From Patescibacteria group bacterium (GTDB lineage Bacteria; Patescibacteriota; Patescibacteriia; Patescibacteriales; UBA12075), in assembly GCA_018897195.1 (NCBI GenBank), contig JAHILH010000004.1:149678-209049 (forward strand): a stretch of 59,372 nt of DNA, given 5' to 3'. The position numbers and the translations under genes were made by a program. Below the pieces are notes generated by a model. That model did not search any database. It worked only from the letters and a program-made list of their open reading frames with translations, and was not told the origin of the DNA. Shown in pieces: positions 10,282 through 19,609 of this stretch (the stretch's first letter is position 1; each line of letters begins with the position of its first letter).

Positions 10282-10646
10282 ACCCGCGTCTAACATGTAT
10301 CCATTAATATCTGTACAAGAATATTCTGATTTGTTGTTTCGCTAAAATCGTAAAAACCAAACAAAATCGATTCTAGCTAGTCTTCTGTATTTAAATATAT
10401 AAACGAAAACGATTTATATATCTAGCTTGATAATATGACACCTGCTTTTGGCTATCAAGCCATCACCAAGGCAGATGGTCGCGGCAGTTAAGCGGCAACA
10501 GGAGCAAAAGCAGGCATGCTGAAAGCAGCTACTTTTGCAAATGTGTTTTTAGCACTTGTTTTTCTCCAACTGTGATTAACGTGCTCATTGGAACGCACGT
10601 CTTGAATATTTAACAGAGAGGCACGCTATCGATTCCCAGCATCCCC
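10260..10646 (-). ncRNA. ssrA: tmRNA
   Basis: 5' GGGGATG pairs with 3' CATCTCCACCA (G3-U70 alanine identity). T-arm GCGGG-TTCAACT-CCCGC. Tag ORF 10553-10488 ends in AA-stop. smpB lies upstream. Confidence 0.95.
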
Positions 10647-10711
10647 TTTTTTTCATTTAGCATGAAACTTGAAACACACGACAATATTTGTCATGTGCTT
10701 TATTTTTTATA

Positions 10712-11185
10712 CTACTTTGAATATTGCGCCCGCTTTGTCGCTGTCTTCATATCTCTCTCCACATCTTTCTTTTTAATATCATCCCGCTTGTCATATTTCT
10801 TCTTACCGCGACCAACACCAAACTCCAATTTTAACAAATTGTGTTTTGTATAAATTTTAATCGGCACCAAAGTTAATCCCTGTTCTTTCTTCTTGCCAAT
10901 CAAATGATTCACTTCGCTCTTGTGCAATAATAATTTTCGTGATCTTTCCGGATCGTAATCCAACACCGTCGTCGCGCGACTATACTTCGGGATATGCGAA
11001 TTGGTCAAATACAATTCCACTTTCCCACTTTCACGCCCTTTGATAGTCACATAAGCCCCCTTCAAGCTGATATGCCCCGTCTTCACTGACTTCACTTCAT
11101 GCCCAGCCAAAACCAACCCCGCCTCATACTTGTCGGTAATCTCATAGTCAAAATTTGCTCGTTTGTTATATGCTAAAACTGTCAT
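10712..11185 (-). CDS. smpB: SsrA-binding protein SmpB
   Basis: NKRANFDY, EAGLVLAGHEVKS, RKLLLH, GKKKYDKR. Start set at MTVLAY, downstream of a TTGCAA-17-TATAAT promoter. Confidence 0.97.
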   Translation of the reverse strand: MTVLAYNKRANFDYEITDKYEAGLVLAGHEVKSVKTGHISLKGAYVTIKGRESGKVELYLTNSHIPKYSRATTVLDYDPERSRKLLLHKSEVNHLIGKKKEQGLTLVPIKIYTKHNLLKLEFGVGRGKKKYDKRDDIKKKDVERDMKTATKRAQYSK

Positions 11186-11318
11186 AATTTCATAATTATA
11201 CAATAATATTAGAACTTTTGCAAGCCCTTGCCAAATTTTTAAATATGGTTTACAATATACTCAGGTTAAGAAATAAAACTCTTAGCTTTTTTGTTTAAAA
11301 TCTTTCAAACAAAACCAC

Positions 11319-11390
11319 GCGGGTATGGTATAGTGGCTATTATATCACCTTGCCAAGGTGGAAAGACGGGTTCGATTCCCGTTACCCGCT
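11319..11390 (+). tRNA. tRNA-Gly(GCC)
   Basis: GCGGGTA/TACCCGC acceptor stem, anticodon loop TTGCCAA, GTTCGATTC T-loop. Confidence 0.95.
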
Positions 11391-11452
11391 CACTAAAAAA
11401 ATAACTCCAAACGGAGTTATTTTTTTTTATTCCTATAATAAATTATAATCCC

Positions 11453-12193
11453 TTACCCAAACTTCAAATAAATCTCCAAAAACGACGGTTTCAATCGATC
11501 ACGGTTTTTCTTATAGGTTGTATCACTCGAATTCTCAATATCACTAATAACCTCCGCAAAGCCCACCATCATTGTTTGGTACACTTGGTCTCCAGGATAA
11601 AATTCTTTAGCTTCTGTAAAATTTATTTTTAGCATCGGCAAAGCCTTAAGTACTTCTTCTCTGTTTTCTATTTTAGTAATTTTATCCACCTCATCACTGA
11701 GTGATAAAAAGTTATTACTTATATTTTTCACGCGATTTTCTTCTCGTAATTGTTTAATCTTTTGTCGCACTTTTGCCAGCTGGTCATAGGCGCCTACATA
11801 ATCTCCGCTCTGCATTAAATCATTGGCTAGTCTGTTAAGATCAGTAATTGAATCAATCTTTTCTTCCCAGTTCCGCGTAGTAATATATTCTTTCGGCTTA
11901 CTGTTTATAAAATTTTTCTCAATTACCAGCCAATACGCCAACACCTCCTGCATCCCCTTCTCTGCCACGTCTTTTTTATTATCATTTAATGCTACTAAAG
12001 TTTTTTTATAAATCTCATTAAAGTCTTTTACCTGTCCGTCAAAGCTTGTATCATTAACAACCACCGTTGGTAAATTGTTTTGTGCATTTCTTTTTGTCAG
12101 ATAACTAACCAAGGCAAAAAACACAATCAGCACAAAAATAGTCACCGCTACAATTATTACTTTTTTTCTTTTGGTTAGGGTTACAAAATTCAT
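11453..12193 (-). CDS. Hypothetical membrane-anchored helical protein
   Basis: 246-aa ORF with an N-terminal basic patch and one TM helix. Confidence 0.75.
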   Translation of the reverse strand: MNFVTLTKRKKVIIVAVTIFVLIVFFALVSYLTKRNAQNNLPTVVVNDTSFDGQVKDFNEIYKKTLVALNDNKKDVAEKGMQEVLAYWLVIEKNFINSKPKEYITTRNWEEKIDSITDLNRLANDLMQSGDYVGAYDQLAKVRQKIKQLREENRVKNISNNFLSLSDEVDKITKIENREEVLKALPMLKINFTEAKEFYPGDQVYQTMMVGFAEVISDIENSSDTTYKKNRDRLKPSFLEIYLKFG

Positions 12194-12257
12194 ACTTCTA
12201 TTATATCAACCTTTATATGTTTTGTCATTCTTACTATGCAGAGAAAATTTATACTGA

Positions 12258-12408
12258 CTCCCTCTCCCCGCCGGGAGAGGGCTGGGGTGAGGGATCATTA
12301 TTAAAATAATTCCTATTTAATATTCTTCGCACGTTCTACCTTACCCCGCCCTCTTTATAATTAGTCGGGCGAGGATTACGTTAACCCTCTCCTACAAAGG
12401 AGAGGGAG
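12258..12408. repeat. GC-rich REP/MITE-like inverted-repeat element
   Basis: CTCCCTCTCCCCGCCGGGAGAGGGCTGGGGTGAGGG on the left; counter-oriented CCTTACCCCGCCCTCT...CCCTCTCCTACAAAGGAGAGGGAG on the right. Confidence 0.6.
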
Positions 12409-12463
12409 AATACATATAATTCAAAATTTGCTACTTTTTCTATTTTTAGATATATTTATTCAT

Positions 12464-12850
12464 ATGAAGAAAAAAATTTACATCTTTGGCAATCTTTTAT
12501 TAGATTTTGATAATACCCCCCTCCTTCTCCAACCTGAGTTAAGCAAGCTTTTTCCGGATATCGATTTTATTATCCAAGACCCGAACGAAAATCTCCATCC
12601 TGACAACAAAGAATTGGTAATCATCGACACCGTTGAAGATATTAAAGAAGTAAAAATTCTCACAGATATTAACCAAATTCAAATCGAACCAAAATATTCC
12701 ATGCATGACTTCGATCTTGGTTTTAATCTCAAGCTATTACACAAAATAGGACACTTGGAAAAAATGACTATTTTTTGCGTTCCCATGTTTATAAACAAAC
12801 AAGTTGCCTTGGAGCAACTTGTTAAAGAGATAGCTAAGTTTTATAAATAA
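12464..12850 (+). CDS. Hydrogenase maturation protease-like protein (short)
   Basis: IFGNLLLDFD, VIIDTV and SMHDF motifs of the HycI/HyaD family; convergent with the large subunit gene. Confidence 0.7.
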   Translation: MKKKIYIFGNLLLDFDNTPLLLQPELSKLFPDIDFIIQDPNENLHPDNKELVIIDTVEDIKEVKILTDINQIQIEPKYSMHDFDLGFNLKLLHKIGHLEKMTIFCVPMFINKQVALEQLVKEIAKFYK

Positions 12851-12852
12851 AC

Positions 12853-14196
12853 CTAAGTCCAATTTACGCGCAAGAAATGTGACGCACAAGACATACACGG
12901 ATCATAGGCGCGAATTATTTTTTCCACTTCAAATTTTATTTTCTCTTCCCAAATCTTCTCGGGGGTAATCCCAGTCTCACAAATACCACTCACTGCCAAA
13001 CGAACATCTTCACGCATGTTTACTAAATTTTGCGCCGTTGGAATCACCAAATTCGCGTAACGCACTTTCCCCTTTTCAATTCCCAGCCAATAATACAAAG
13101 TGCCGCGTGGTGCTTCCACAACGCCCACTCCCTCGCCATCCTGCTTCAAGGGTTTTTTTATTTCTTCTTTTTTAAATTTCGTATTAGTTAAAAGTTCAAT
13201 CGCATGATCAACGGAATGCATAATCTCGATTGCCTGCGCTAAGTTATTATGATAAATATTGTTTGATGGAAAAACATCCAAATATTTTTTCATATCTTGT
13301 TTGGTATTTTTATGCAGACTTTCTTTATTTAAATTTAAACGCGCCAATGAGCCCACCATATATTCTTTACCTTCAAACTCAAAACCTTTCGCTTGTGAAT
13401 ATGGCAAAACCACAGTGTGCAGATGATCCCAATAATCTGCCTCTTTAATACACGCACCATCCGAAGAGCAAATCGCTCCTTCTAAAAAAGAAAAGTCCGG
13501 CGTGGCCAAGGCGACAAAATTAGTTTTGCGTTTTAATTCCCAATGACAGTTATAAAAAATTTCCGCCAAATTAATTACAGATTCGCGAATGCTTTTTAAT
13601 TCCTCAATCATCGCCGGCACTTTAGTATTATCCACTTCATTCGTAAAACCGCCGACTACTTCAAAGGGTGCGTGCACTGAGCGTCCGCCAATTAAGTTTG
13701 ATAAATTATTACCCGCCTCTTTCATGTGTAAAGATTGATGGATTAATTCCTTTCCGTCAATTCCAGCTGGTACTCCCTTACTCAATAAAAAATCTTTATC
13801 TAGGTCCGCAATTTCTAGAGCTGAGTCAATACCAAAAATATCCGGCATCGCAAAAAAATACAAATGCAAGGCATGGTCACGAATCATCAGGGAATACATC
13901 ATCAACTTGCGCATGATAACTGTTTGTTCACTCGGCACAATTTCTAAAGTTTTTTCTACCGCCTCAATACAAGCGGTTAAATGGGCCACGCTGCATGTCC
14001 CACAAATACGTGACACCAATTGTGGCACCGCCAAAGCTGATTTACCTTGAACTGCCTGTGTAAAAAAACGTTGATTCTCCATCACGTGCAACTGCACATC
14101 TTCCACTTTGCCATCACGAATCTTCACATCTAAATCAGCGTGTCCTTCAATTTTTGATAAACGATTAATTGAAATGTCGATATCACATGTATGCAT
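12853..14196 (-). CDS. [NiFe] hydrogenase large subunit, group 3b-like
   Basis: KIEGH, L1 RICGTCSVAH, EAPRGTL, L2 DPCMSCASH plus a short cleavable tail. Start set at MHTCD. Confidence 0.92.
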   Translation of the reverse strand: MHTCDIDISINRLSKIEGHADLDVKIRDGKVEDVQLHVMENQRFFTQAVQGKSALAVPQLVSRICGTCSVAHLTACIEAVEKTLEIVPSEQTVIMRKLMMYSLMIRDHALHLYFFAMPDIFGIDSALEIADLDKDFLLSKGVPAGIDGKELIHQSLHMKEAGNNLSNLIGGRSVHAPFEVVGGFTNEVDNTKVPAMIEELKSIRESVINLAEIFYNCHWELKRKTNFVALATPDFSFLEGAICSSDGACIKEADYWDHLHTVVLPYSQAKGFEFEGKEYMVGSLARLNLNKESLHKNTKQDMKKYLDVFPSNNIYHNNLAQAIEIMHSVDHAIELLTNTKFKKEEIKKPLKQDGEGVGVVEAPRGTLYYWLGIEKGKVRYANLVIPTAQNLVNMREDVRLAVSGICETGITPEKIWEEKIKFEVEKIIRAYDPCMSCASHFLRVNWT

Positions 14197-14206
14197 AAAA
14201 TTTATT

Positions 14207-14662
14207 TTAAATATATTTTTCAAAAACTTCAATGAATTTTTTCTCATCAATCGGACATCCCTGAATTTCATCATCCAATTTCACCACTTCTTTGATTGCC
14301 ATACATTTTGACAAAAAATGAAATTTTTTCAAATCATCCTTAATCTCCTCCAACTGTTCCTCATTAAAATTATTACGTTGACAGGTCGGCATACCTGTTA
14401 TTGAACAATTACCCATGCCAATTAAAATCTTCGTCTTATTTCTCAGTTCTTTAATTTCTTTTAAATCTCTTTCGGTAGTTATTACTCCCTCAACTAACAC
14501 CACGTCAAAATCAGTCACATCACGCCGATCTTTCATAGACAAAAAATATGACAACTCCATCTTCTCCAACCAACCTACAAGTTTTTTATTAAAAATCTCA
14601 ATCAAATAAATGCTACACCCCTCATCACAGGTAAAAGTAAAGACACCGACTTTCTTTTTCAT
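14207..14662 (-). CDS. [NiFe] hydrogenase small subunit, truncated (proximal cluster domain only)
   Basis: TCDEGC, VEG, GNCS and GCP motifs; 151 aa with no medial/distal cluster domain. Confidence 0.85.
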   Translation of the reverse strand: MKKKVGVFTFTCDEGCSIYLIEIFNKKLVGWLEKMELSYFLSMKDRRDVTDFDVVLVEGVITTERDLKEIKELRNKTKILIGMGNCSITGMPTCQRNNFNEEQLEEIKDDLKKFHFLSKCMAIKEVVKLDDEIQGCPIDEKKFIEVFEKYI

Positions 14663-14749
14663 AGATTTTTAATTATTTATTAATACTTTAATTATATCAC
14701 TATTTAAGGAAATAAAAAAACCTCAGTATTTTAAACTGAGGTTTTTTTA

Positions 14750-15124
14750 TTATACTTTCCAAAGTCCGTGTTGATTACAATAGGCACGAGCGGTTACCGT
14801 CTCTGCTATAATGCAAAATTCCGCCATCGGTTCATTTGTTGGTGCCAAATTCTTTCGATAAACTTTTCCGTCAACTATCAAATCAATCCACTCAATATAG
14901 TGTTCTGCAATCATTGGATGTGTCACCTCGCCCACGCTCACTTTATATCCATTCTCCGTCTTCTCTATCACAGGCACATGTTTTTCAACAGCCGCATCAG
15001 TTGTGTTTTCAACTTGCAAATTCATTGCTTGCCCACAACACACTAATTGTCCACCAGCTGTATGCACCACTTCAACAATGTTGCCACAAATCGCACATTT
15101 ATAAACTTCATTTAAATTTGTCAT
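14750..15124 (-). CDS. dfx: Desulfoferrodoxin (superoxide reductase)
   Basis: CAICGN...CCG desulforedoxin domain, EKHVP, HPM, HYIEW, YCNQHG. Confidence 0.95.
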   Translation of the reverse strand: MTNLNEVYKCAICGNIVEVVHTAGGQLVCCGQAMNLQVENTTDAAVEKHVPVIEKTENGYKVSVGEVTHPMIAEHYIEWIDLIVDGKVYRKNLAPTNEPMAEFCIIAETVTARAYCNQHGLWKV

Positions 15125-15660
15125 ATTTTTAACTTTAAATAATTATTATCTAGTTTTAAATGATCAGCCTCGGTTTCCATAATCGCTTTAAAAACTTCCT
15201 TAACCCATGGCTCACTTGCTTCACCCATGGCTTGTCCATAAAATTCTACCGCTCGTTGCTCTCTTGCCGCTGACTCTTTCACAGCCCCAGTAGCATCATC
15301 AGCACAATTTTCAACCACGCTTGGATCATTTTCTATTTTTGCTTTTAATAATTTACGAAAAACACCAGCATGCTCATTTTCAACTTTTGCTAAACCCTTA
15401 AACATTAAAGCGATTTCCTGATTGCTCAAATTCTGCGCCGCGGCCAAATAAAACGCCGTATTCGAAAGTTCTATTTTTAAAGCTTTTTCTAAATTACTTC
15501 GGCTCGCGTCGCTTAATACTAAATCTTTTCCTTCATCTTTCCAAATTTTGGACAACCATAAATAGCGTCGACTCACTCCACAAAAAGGACAGGTGTGTGG
15601 AACTTCTTCACCCAAATAAACTTCACCGCAAATCCGACACGTAAATATTTTCATAAACAA
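15121..15660 (-). CDS. Rubrerythrin-family protein (N-terminal rubredoxin + ferritin-like domain)
   Basis: CRICG...CPFCG followed by ExxH diiron motifs (ENEH, EADH). Confidence 0.85.
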   Translation of the reverse strand: MFMKIFTCRICGEVYLGEEVPHTCPFCGVSRRYLWLSKIWKDEGKDLVLSDASRSNLEKALKIELSNTAFYLAAAQNLSNQEIALMFKGLAKVENEHAGVFRKLLKAKIENDPSVVENCADDATGAVKESAAREQRAVEFYGQAMGEASEPWVKEVFKAIMETEADHLKLDNNYLKLKI

Positions 15661-15668
15661 TTTTCTTA

Positions 15669-16196
15669 TTAATAATTTTCCACAAACAATTCAAAGTATT
15701 TTTGTTCATGCGCACAAGCTGGGCATCGCACCGGAGCATCATCGCCAGTATGCACATATCCACAATTACCACACTTCCACTCCTTTTCTTCATCTCTTTT
15801 AAAGACTTGTTCTTTTTTAATATTATCTAGGAGCTTTTTATAACGTTCACGGTGCATTTTTTCTGCCTCAGCCACCTTCTCGAAAAGAAACGCAATATCA
15901 TTATGCCCTTCATCTTTTGCATCCTTAGCCATCTGTGGATACATTTCTTCAATTTCATGATGTTCTCCGTCAATTGCCGCTTGTAAAACCTCTTCAATAC
16001 CCCCAATTAATTCTAATTTTTTTGCCCATAGCTTTGCATGTGCTTTTTCATGATTTGCAGTTTCCTCAAATACATTAGCAACCTGCTCATAGCCGGCTTC
16101 GCGTGCCACCTTGGCGAAATAAGTATACTTGTTACGCGCCATTGATTCACCAGCAAAAGCCGCTTCAAGATTTTTTTTCGTTTTTTCTCCTAACAT
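15669..16196 (-). CDS. rbr: Rubrerythrin
   Basis: AFAGESMARNKY, EKAH, EKMH and C-terminal CGNCG...CPAC. Confidence 0.95.
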   Translation of the reverse strand: MLGEKTKKNLEAAFAGESMARNKYTYFAKVAREAGYEQVANVFEETANHEKAHAKLWAKKLELIGGIEEVLQAAIDGEHHEIEEMYPQMAKDAKDEGHNDIAFLFEKVAEAEKMHRERYKKLLDNIKKEQVFKRDEEKEWKCGNCGYVHTGDDAPVRCPACAHEQKYFELFVENY

Positions 16197-16317
16197 AAAG
16201 TTTTTTTCACACGCTAATTACTTTATAATTTAGACCGTGCTTATATTAAATAAATTACTAACTGCTTTAATTATAATACATAATTAAGATTAAATGTAGA
16301 TTAAAAAATTATAAATA

Positions 16318-16767
16318 TTATTTATTATTAGAAAAAAAACATTTTAAATGATGGAGAACAAATAATTGTGTTATTATCGAAAAATATATAACATAAACAC
16401 TATATTCAACTAAATAATTAAAGACTGCTCCTGGAAAAATAATAGAAACAAGTCCAGCCCCAATACTAGCAGTGCACATTGTTGCGCTCATCCCACACAC
16501 CTGTAGTGCTGACAAACCCAAAATATACAAAAGCAGTCCCACAAACGAAGTCTTTAATTGGTGTGCCACAATAACCTTCTCTTTGATATTTCTAACCACG
16601 CACATTGCCACAGTTGAAAAAATTAACATAAACACTAATACTAATAAGCGATATTTTCCGATAAAAATATTGGCTGGCACTAAATAATAACTACCAAAAA
16701 ATGCCAATAAAAAAACCAGTTTGCAATAATTACTTTGTAAAACTCTCACTAAATATAAATTTTTCAT
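16318..16767 (-). CDS. Small multi-pass membrane protein with Cys pair
   Basis: About 4 TM segments; QVCGMSATMC; lies between trxA and rbr. Confidence 0.7.
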   Translation of the reverse strand: MKNLYLVRVLQSNYCKLVFLLAFFGSYYLVPANIFIGKYRLLVLVFMLIFSTVAMCVVRNIKEKVIVAHQLKTSFVGLLLYILGLSALQVCGMSATMCTASIGAGLVSIIFPGAVFNYLVEYSVYVIYFSIITQLFVLHHLKCFFSNNK

Positions 16768-16823
16768 TTTTTTAAAATAAAAAGCGCAAAATCTCGATTT
16801 TGCGCTTTTTACACTAGATCATA

Positions 16824-17147
16824 TTAAAAATATTTTTTAAGCAACTCAATTAGGCCAGTCTTTGGTTGCATACCAACCATTGTTTCCTTTAGCGCTCCGT
16901 CTTTAAAAATCATTAACGTGGGGATGCTCATAACTCCATATTTAATTGCTGTTGCTTGAGACTCATCAGTATTAAGCTTACCCACCACTGCCTTGTCACC
17001 CATTAATTCTGCCACCTCATCAATAATCGGTCCTTGCATTTTACAAGGTCCACACCAAACCGCAAAGAAATCAATTAATACTGGTTTTACCTTAGAAGCC
17101 TCAATTACTTCTGTTTGAAAATTATCATCTGTAAATTGTTTAGTCAT
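16824..17147 (-). CDS. trxA: Thioredoxin
   Basis: WCGPC active site and SIPT. Confidence 0.97.
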   Translation of the reverse strand: MTKQFTDDNFQTEVIEASKVKPVLIDFFAVWCGPCKMQGPIIDEVAELMGDKAVVGKLNTDESQATAIKYGVMSIPTLMIFKDGALKETMVGMQPKTGLIELLKKYF

Positions 17148-17211
17148 TTTTTATTTGTACAATATATATAAGTTTTATTACAAACAATAAATATATCATT
17201 TTAATAATAAA

Positions 17212-17454
17212 TTATTTTTTGGTTAATTCAATTAATAGTTTCTTCATTAAATCATCACTACTTTTTTCCCCATACGACTTAGTGCACTTAATAAAATTTT
17301 CTTCAATAAACTTATTCATTAAACTCCCCACCGCTGAATGCACTGCCTTCATTTGAGCAATTACCGCTAAACATTCTTTATTCTCATCTAACATCCTAGA
17401 GACTCCATTCAGTTGTCCAATAACATTATTTATCAATTGTTGTTGTGTTTTCAT
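17212..17454 (-). CDS. CsoR/RcnR-family metal- or redox-sensing repressor
   Basis: IGQLNGVSRML...C...Q.KAV.SA pattern; TTGACA-18-TATAAT promoter at 17490-17461. Confidence 0.85.
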   Translation of the reverse strand: MKTQQQLINNVIGQLNGVSRMLDENKECLAVIAQMKAVHSAVGSLMNKFIEENFIKCTKSYGEKSSDDLMKKLLIELTKK

Positions 17455-17600
17455 AAATATATTATATTACACACCCTGGCATAGTGTCAACTAAATAAAC
17501 ATAAAAAAACATCTATTACAACGCTTGAATTAATGAATACCAAAAACATATCCACCACTTTTCCACACACTTTTTTTGTTTAATATAAGCCATTTTTAAA

Positions 17601-18078
17601 ACTTAAGTCCATGGTTTCCTGGACTTATCCACCCATTTAAAAAATGTGACTTAAGTCCAGAGAACTGTAGACTTATCTTTATTTGCTCACTTTTTGACAA
17701 AATCATCAAATTTTAGATATACACTGCTTTTCCACAGTTTTTTCTTGTTTAATATAAGCCATTTTTAAAACTTAAGTCCAGAGTTCTCTGGACTTATCCC
17801 CCACTATTTTAAAATATAGTTTTTGTATTATTATTTACCCCAAATTTATCAATTATTTCTAAACAATAACCCTATTAGCTACTTCTATTTTGATCATAAA
17901 ACTAAATTCTGTTTTTTATAGAACTCATTTAAATAAAAAAAATAAGCTAATGGATAAAAACACTTGCCTATTTTTAATAATCTATAAAAATATTCACAAT
18001 AACTGTTATTACAAACAATTATTCACTTTAAATTATAATCATCTTAATACTTAAGTCTAGAGTTTTGTAGACTTAAGT
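17601..18078. repeat. Cluster A of the 11-8-11 palindrome (4 copies at 17601, 17649, 17770, 18049)
   Basis: ACTTAAGTC(C/T)A-N8-T(G/A)GACTTA(AGT) read directly. Copies 1 and 3 lie in a direct duplication with 169-bp offset. Confidence 0.9.
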
Positions 18079-18097
18079 ATTGTAAATTAGTTTTCTG

Positions 18098-18169
18098 TGC
18101 CCCCATCATGAGTCGAACATGAGTCTAGGACTTAGGAGGTCCTTGTTTTATCCATTAAACTATGGGAGC
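18098..18169 (-). tRNA. tRNA-Arg(CCT)
   Basis: Reverse complement GCTCCCA...AGGAC-CTCCTAA-GTCCT...TTCGACT...TGGGGGCA. Confidence 0.92.
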
Positions 18170-18419
18170 AGTACAACAACTCTTTTTATTGTAATGTAAA
18201 CAAAATTAAATTTCAAGACTTCCCTATTCTCTTGTTATCTCTAAGTGTAGTTTTCATTTTCTTACCCAATAAACAATTTATAATTATTTAACAAATTAAT
18301 ACAAAAAAATAATTAACCTTTGTTTAAAAATAGCTTTACTAAAAGCTTGTTTTTTTTATTCTTATATACTAAACTTTAATCAACAAACCTAAAAACTAAT
18401 TATTATTAATATTTAAAAT

Positions 18420-18791
18420 ATGTTTAACAAGGAACAAAATAATATTTCAAAAGAGGAGGCAGAGACTATAATCGGACCATCAATTAAAGTAATGGGAAAT
18501 TTTCATGGACAGGGGAACATCATTATTGAAGGAATAGTTGAGGGGAGTGTCAAAACAAACAACTTTCTACTAGTTCGTGAAAAGGCAAAAATAACAGCCT
18601 CAGTTGAAGCCTTGGACGCCAAGATCGGTGGCGAGATAACGGGGGATATCAAAATTAAAGGTTATTTGGAAATCACCAAGTCAGCAAAAATTTTTGGAAA
18701 TATTGAAGCGGCTCAAATTTCAATAGAAAAAAACGCTATTTTTAATGGAAAATGTACCATGATTAAACACGGAGCCGAAGAACAAAAATAA
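18420..18791 (+). CDS. Bactofilin (polymer-forming cytoskeletal protein)
   Basis: ETIIGPSIKVMG...IEGIVEG...IFNGKC beta-helix repeats. Confidence 0.9.
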   Translation: MFNKEQNNISKEEAETIIGPSIKVMGNFHGQGNIIIEGIVEGSVKTNNFLLVREKAKITASVEALDAKIGGEITGDIKIKGYLEITKSAKIFGNIEAAQISIEKNAIFNGKCTMIKHGAEEQK

Positions 18792-18829
18792 TCTCTATTT
18801 TTTATCTACTTAAGCGTTAAACAATAAAG

Positions 18830-19579
18830 ATGCATATTTATATATACGATAACTATCTTAATGAAAAAAAATACCAACCCTTGCTTGCTAAAATAGAAAC
18901 CAGAATCACAGATCTTGGTCTAAATGGCAAAATCATCCGGCTGGGCGTTATGAACTCAATTTATAACGCCATTGAGAATGAATTAAAAAAGGGCGCCAAA
19001 ACCATTATTGCGGTTGGTAATGATAATTTATTAAATCAAGTTATTAACTCAATCATTAAATCTAACACTGATAATAAAACCAATATTATTCCAATTGGTT
19101 TTATTCCGGTTGGTAAAAAAAATAATGAACTTGCCAAATTCCTCGGTATTGAACTAGAAGAAAATGCTTGTGATATATTATCTGCTCGTCGAGTCAAACA
19201 ATTAAGTTTAGGTAAAATTAACAATTTATTTTTTCTCTTCAATGTCTCAATTACAACCAAGGATACAATTATAAATATTGATAAAGATTTTTCAATTGAA
19301 ATAAAAAAAGAGGGGATTATAAATATTATAAACACCTCTTTAGAAAACCGAGAAACTGACATTAACAGCTCTTTGGAATTATTAATTCAAACTAATAATT
19401 CTGGTTTATTCAAAACAAACAAATCTGAGCAAAGTCATTTTAAATTTAAACATCTTGCACTTATTAATAAAAAAAGCTCAGCGGTAATAGATAATTCAAT
19501 GGAGGTTCCCACTCCGGTTGAAATCTCTTTAGGTAAAGAAAAAATTAACCTAATTGTTGGAAAAAACCGTTTTTTCTAG
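18830..19579 (+). CDS. Diacylglycerol kinase-family-like protein (degenerate)
   Basis: IIAVGND and IGFIPVG...NELAKFLGI resemble the DAGK catalytic domain, but GGDG is not intact. Confidence 0.65.
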   Translation: MHIYIYDNYLNEKKYQPLLAKIETRITDLGLNGKIIRLGVMNSIYNAIENELKKGAKTIIAVGNDNLLNQVINSIIKSNTDNKTNIIPIGFIPVGKKNNELAKFLGIELEENACDILSARRVKQLSLGKINNLFFLFNVSITTKDTIINIDKDFSIEIKKEGIINIINTSLENRETDINSSLELLIQTNNSGLFKTNKSEQSHFKFKHLALINKKSSAVIDNSMEVPTPVEISLGKEKINLIVGKNRFF

Positions 19580-19609
19580 TTTTTTATTTAATATTAGCCA
19601 AAAAAAGTT

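Larger units (their letters stand above)
1..10290. mobile_element. Integrative satellite/IME-like element inserted at the tmRNA 3' end; left boundary lies outside the window
   Basis: Integrase abuts and overlaps the ssrA 3' end. Excisionase and primase-helicase are adjacent, with defence cargo further left. Confidence 0.8.

Noticed and set aside
17601..18078. Palindromes as canonical parS or dif sites
   Set aside because: No match to TGTTTCACGTGAAACA. dif has a 6-bp spacer and is a single site near the terminus.
18125..18136. AGGACTTAGG in the tRNA-Arg anticodon arm resembling the palindrome half-site
   Set aside because: Short, imperfect and explained by tRNA structure.
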